NCBI GenBank assembly: GCA_039096225.1
Contig: JBBPEB010000003.1
Location: forward strand, 682,001-746,000
From: Blastocystis sp. Blastoise
Lineage: Eukaryota > Protista > Bigyra: Opalinata
Length of the DNA stretch: 64,000 nucleotides
Direction: 5' to 3'
In this document: positions 56,753-64,000 of the stretch, piece after piece
Position numbering within the stretch: the first letter of the stretch is position 1
Layout: every line of letters starts with the position of its first letter
The notes under the pieces: generated by a model
What the model saw: the letters and a program-made list of their open reading frames with translations, nothing else
The model's database searches: none
What the model was told of the DNA's origin: nothing
Program-made: the position numbers and the translations under genes

Positions 56753-58445
56753 TTATGATTTATTTGGGTAATTCTTTCTATGCTTCAAGTAGATCTCATG
56801 TGTTGGTAGAATAACTCGTTCAAGAGCCTCTCTCTCAAAAATAGGCTATATAAATAATTATAAAAGTCATAAAATAATAATTTTATAGATAAAGAGCATA
56901 TAGAATAATAGTAAGAATTATCAGTCAATATAATATATATAATATATATATATACCATTCCTTGATAAGCTAAAGAATTTGCTGCTTTTCCATCAGGTAT
57001 TTTATAGTTAATAAGCCACTGTCTCATATTTGTCAATTCATTATGATAAGCTTCAAAGAAATCCAAATAATCTATATTATTAATATATAGTAAATATTTA
57101 TATATATTATTAATATAGATTTTTTTTTTTTTGTTTATTATTATAAATTATATATATAGAATAATAAATAAAATAAAAAAAAAGTTTATCTATAAATATA
57201 TTTATAAATAAATAAAAATAGGATTATATAAAATTATTTTAAAAATTATTTTTTATTTTTGTAAAAAAAAATATATATATATATATACCTCTTAATTGAC
57301 TACATTTGGGATCTTTAACATTAACCCCTAATAATTTCCAATCCATTTCTTCTTGATCTACTAATGCTAATGCTCCAAATACACGAATCTATATATATAT
57401 ATATATATATAATTATGTTTATTAATAGTTTTTAATTTAGAAAATATATATATATATATATATAGAATAGAAACTTTTCTAAATAATATATATATATATA
57501 TACTATTATTATTATAGTATATATATTATAGCATCTATTTAATATATATATATAACATAATATATATACATTATAGACATCTCCTGTAAGAGCAGGTAAA
57601 TAACTAAAATCGAGTACATCTAAGGGATCATCATCTCCTTTAAAAGAACCAATATCTGTTAATTCATTAACTAAGGGAGACTCCCAAGTTTGAGGTAAAG
57701 CACCATAATGAATCATACTTGGAGCAGCATAATATCTAGGGAATATATATAGGAATATATAGGAATATTATATATAATAGAATATATAATATAAAAATAA
57801 TATTATATTTAATAATAATATAATAATAATAACTATAATAATAATAACTATAATAATAACTATAAATATAACTATAATAATATAATAATAATAACTATAA
57901 TAATAACTATAATCATAACAATAATATAATAATAATATAATAATAATAATTTAATAATAACTATAACCATAATAATATCTTGGTTTTCCTTTCTTTTCAT
58001 CTTGATGAATAGGATTGAGATTGTCTTCTTTAGATATTTCAAATTTACCAGATTCACTAAAGATATATATCATGTATTTATAATATATATATCTATTTCT
58101 AAATATGAAAATAAAATAAAAATTACCCTCGAGGAATTTCGCAAATAAAACGAACAACACCACAATCATTCTTTGTTGGCTCTTTTTCAAATAAATCAAT
58201 ATCGTATTCATATTAAAGATTCAAATTTATCAATTATATATATTTTTTAAATTAAAAGAAATATGAAATTAAAAAGATATATGCCAATACGAAATTTTCT
58301 TGACTTCATTATTTTCTTTCTTTGTACAATAGAGTTTATAATCTAAAGTATATTTTTCTCCAGACGAAACGGTACTATAAGTCGCAATTCTACGCATAAG
58401 AGAACCTCTTAAAGCTGCTTTTGATAGAGATAAAGCTGTAAACAT
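56753..58445 (-). CDS. PPA: Soluble inorganic pyrophosphatase (family I) with a mitochondrial/MRO-like presequence
   Basis: ISYWH|DID, FICEIPRG, KFEI, YGALPQTWE, GDDDPLDV, DQEEMDWK, YKIPDGK; Arg/Ser/Leu-rich N-terminus without acidic residues. Confidence 0.92.
58204..58280 (-). other. U12-type AT-AC intron (77 nt)
   Basis: 5' ATATCTTTT, branch TCTTTAAT, 3' ATGAATAC. Removal restores the conserved SxWHDI motif. Confidence 0.9.
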
Positions 58446-58672
58446 GGTAATAACAATCAATAAAAAACAACAAAAAAAATTCTGAATTCATGATTTTTTA
58501 TTGAGAGAAACTGCATATTTTCGTTTCCCCCACATTTTTTAAATTTTTTCTATTTATTTATATTTTTTGTGCCCTATTCAACTTTTCAATTTTTATTATT
58601 ATTGTATTTACGTTTACCAGATATCATCGGATTATTTTATAGAATAAGTTTTTGAATAAAGAATAGTTGAAC

Positions 58673-63228
<4,556 letters not shown>

Positions 63229-63478
63229 TAATTGATTATTCATAATATTTAATAGTCTTTACAATATATTTTTTAGTTATTATTTATATATAAATTTTTT
63301 AAAATATAATATAAATATTATTTAAATATTTAAATAAGAAAACAAAACAATAAACTGCCATATACTTCAAAATATTAACTGCAATTTTTTAAAAAAAATA
63401 TCATAAGAAATAAATTGATAATTATATTTATATAAAAAAACAAGTAGTTCATTTAATAGAAAGAATAACAATAATATA

Positions 63479-63877
63479 TTTATATAAGACTGTCTTCCAT
63501 AGATTCAGGTTTAGAAATATTTAATAATTTTAATATAGTACTACTAACATTAGCTAAACGTCTTTCTTCAATAGCTATATATATATATATAGTTATTATA
63601 AACATATATATATATAATAATAATATTATTCTTAGAATATATATATATGTAATAATTATAAGTATATTAATTAAATTATATAATTTATAATAATATTATG
63701 AATACTAACATATATATATATATATATATATATACGTTTAGTCCATTCTAATTGTTCTCCTTCTTTCTTAGTAATAATAAGAGGAACATCATAACATATT
63801 TCTGCTTGTGAATTATCTTTATTTACAGTACTAGAACCACAATCTGTACTTACTACTACTAAACGATATCCATTCTC
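63479..63877 (-). CDS. 3' end of a cofactor-independent phosphoglycerate mutase/metalloenzyme-like gene (continues beyond the window)
   Basis: GYRLVVVSTDCG..YDVPLI..RLANVSSTILKLLNISKPESMEDSLI matches the iPGM C-terminal pattern. Confidence 0.6.
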
Positions 63878-64000
63878 CTATTTATTTATATATAATAATT
63901 ATTATTATTATAATGTAATAATATAACAATATAAAAAAATATATATATATTAATTAATTATATTTTAAAATTTTTAAAAAATAATAATAATAATTCTATA

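Overview
Very AT-rich, intron-dense eukaryotic DNA. The gene families (BTB/TLDc protein, Cys-rich and Ig/HRM-like surface proteins) and TGTTT-rich 3' elements suggest a Blastocystis-like stramenopile; this is inference. Left to right: an intact spliced CACTA/EnSpm-type (Transposase_21-like) transposase; a Cys-rich repeat gene fragment; a disabled BEACH-fragment/ubiquitin-specific-protease pseudogene; a 62-aa two-exon micro-gene whose UGA stop lies in a ~390-nt structured region; then TLDc protein, tousled-like kinase, UVR-motif protein, ITFG2-like, tail-anchored Hsp70-like, surface protein, multipass membrane protein, Asn-rich CEP350/DUF4378-like protein, SHPRH, Nup205, pyrophosphatase, XPG and the 3' end of a degenerate iPGM-like gene. 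Most notable: three frame-restoring minor-spliceosome (U12-type) AT-AC introns sharing a TCTTTAAY branch box, plus one apparent AT-AG intron; the UGA-in-a-stem micro-gene; a recurrent TCATGA promoter palindrome; and (TA)n-bracketed introns. All exon models were traced by hand and need RNA-seq confirmation.
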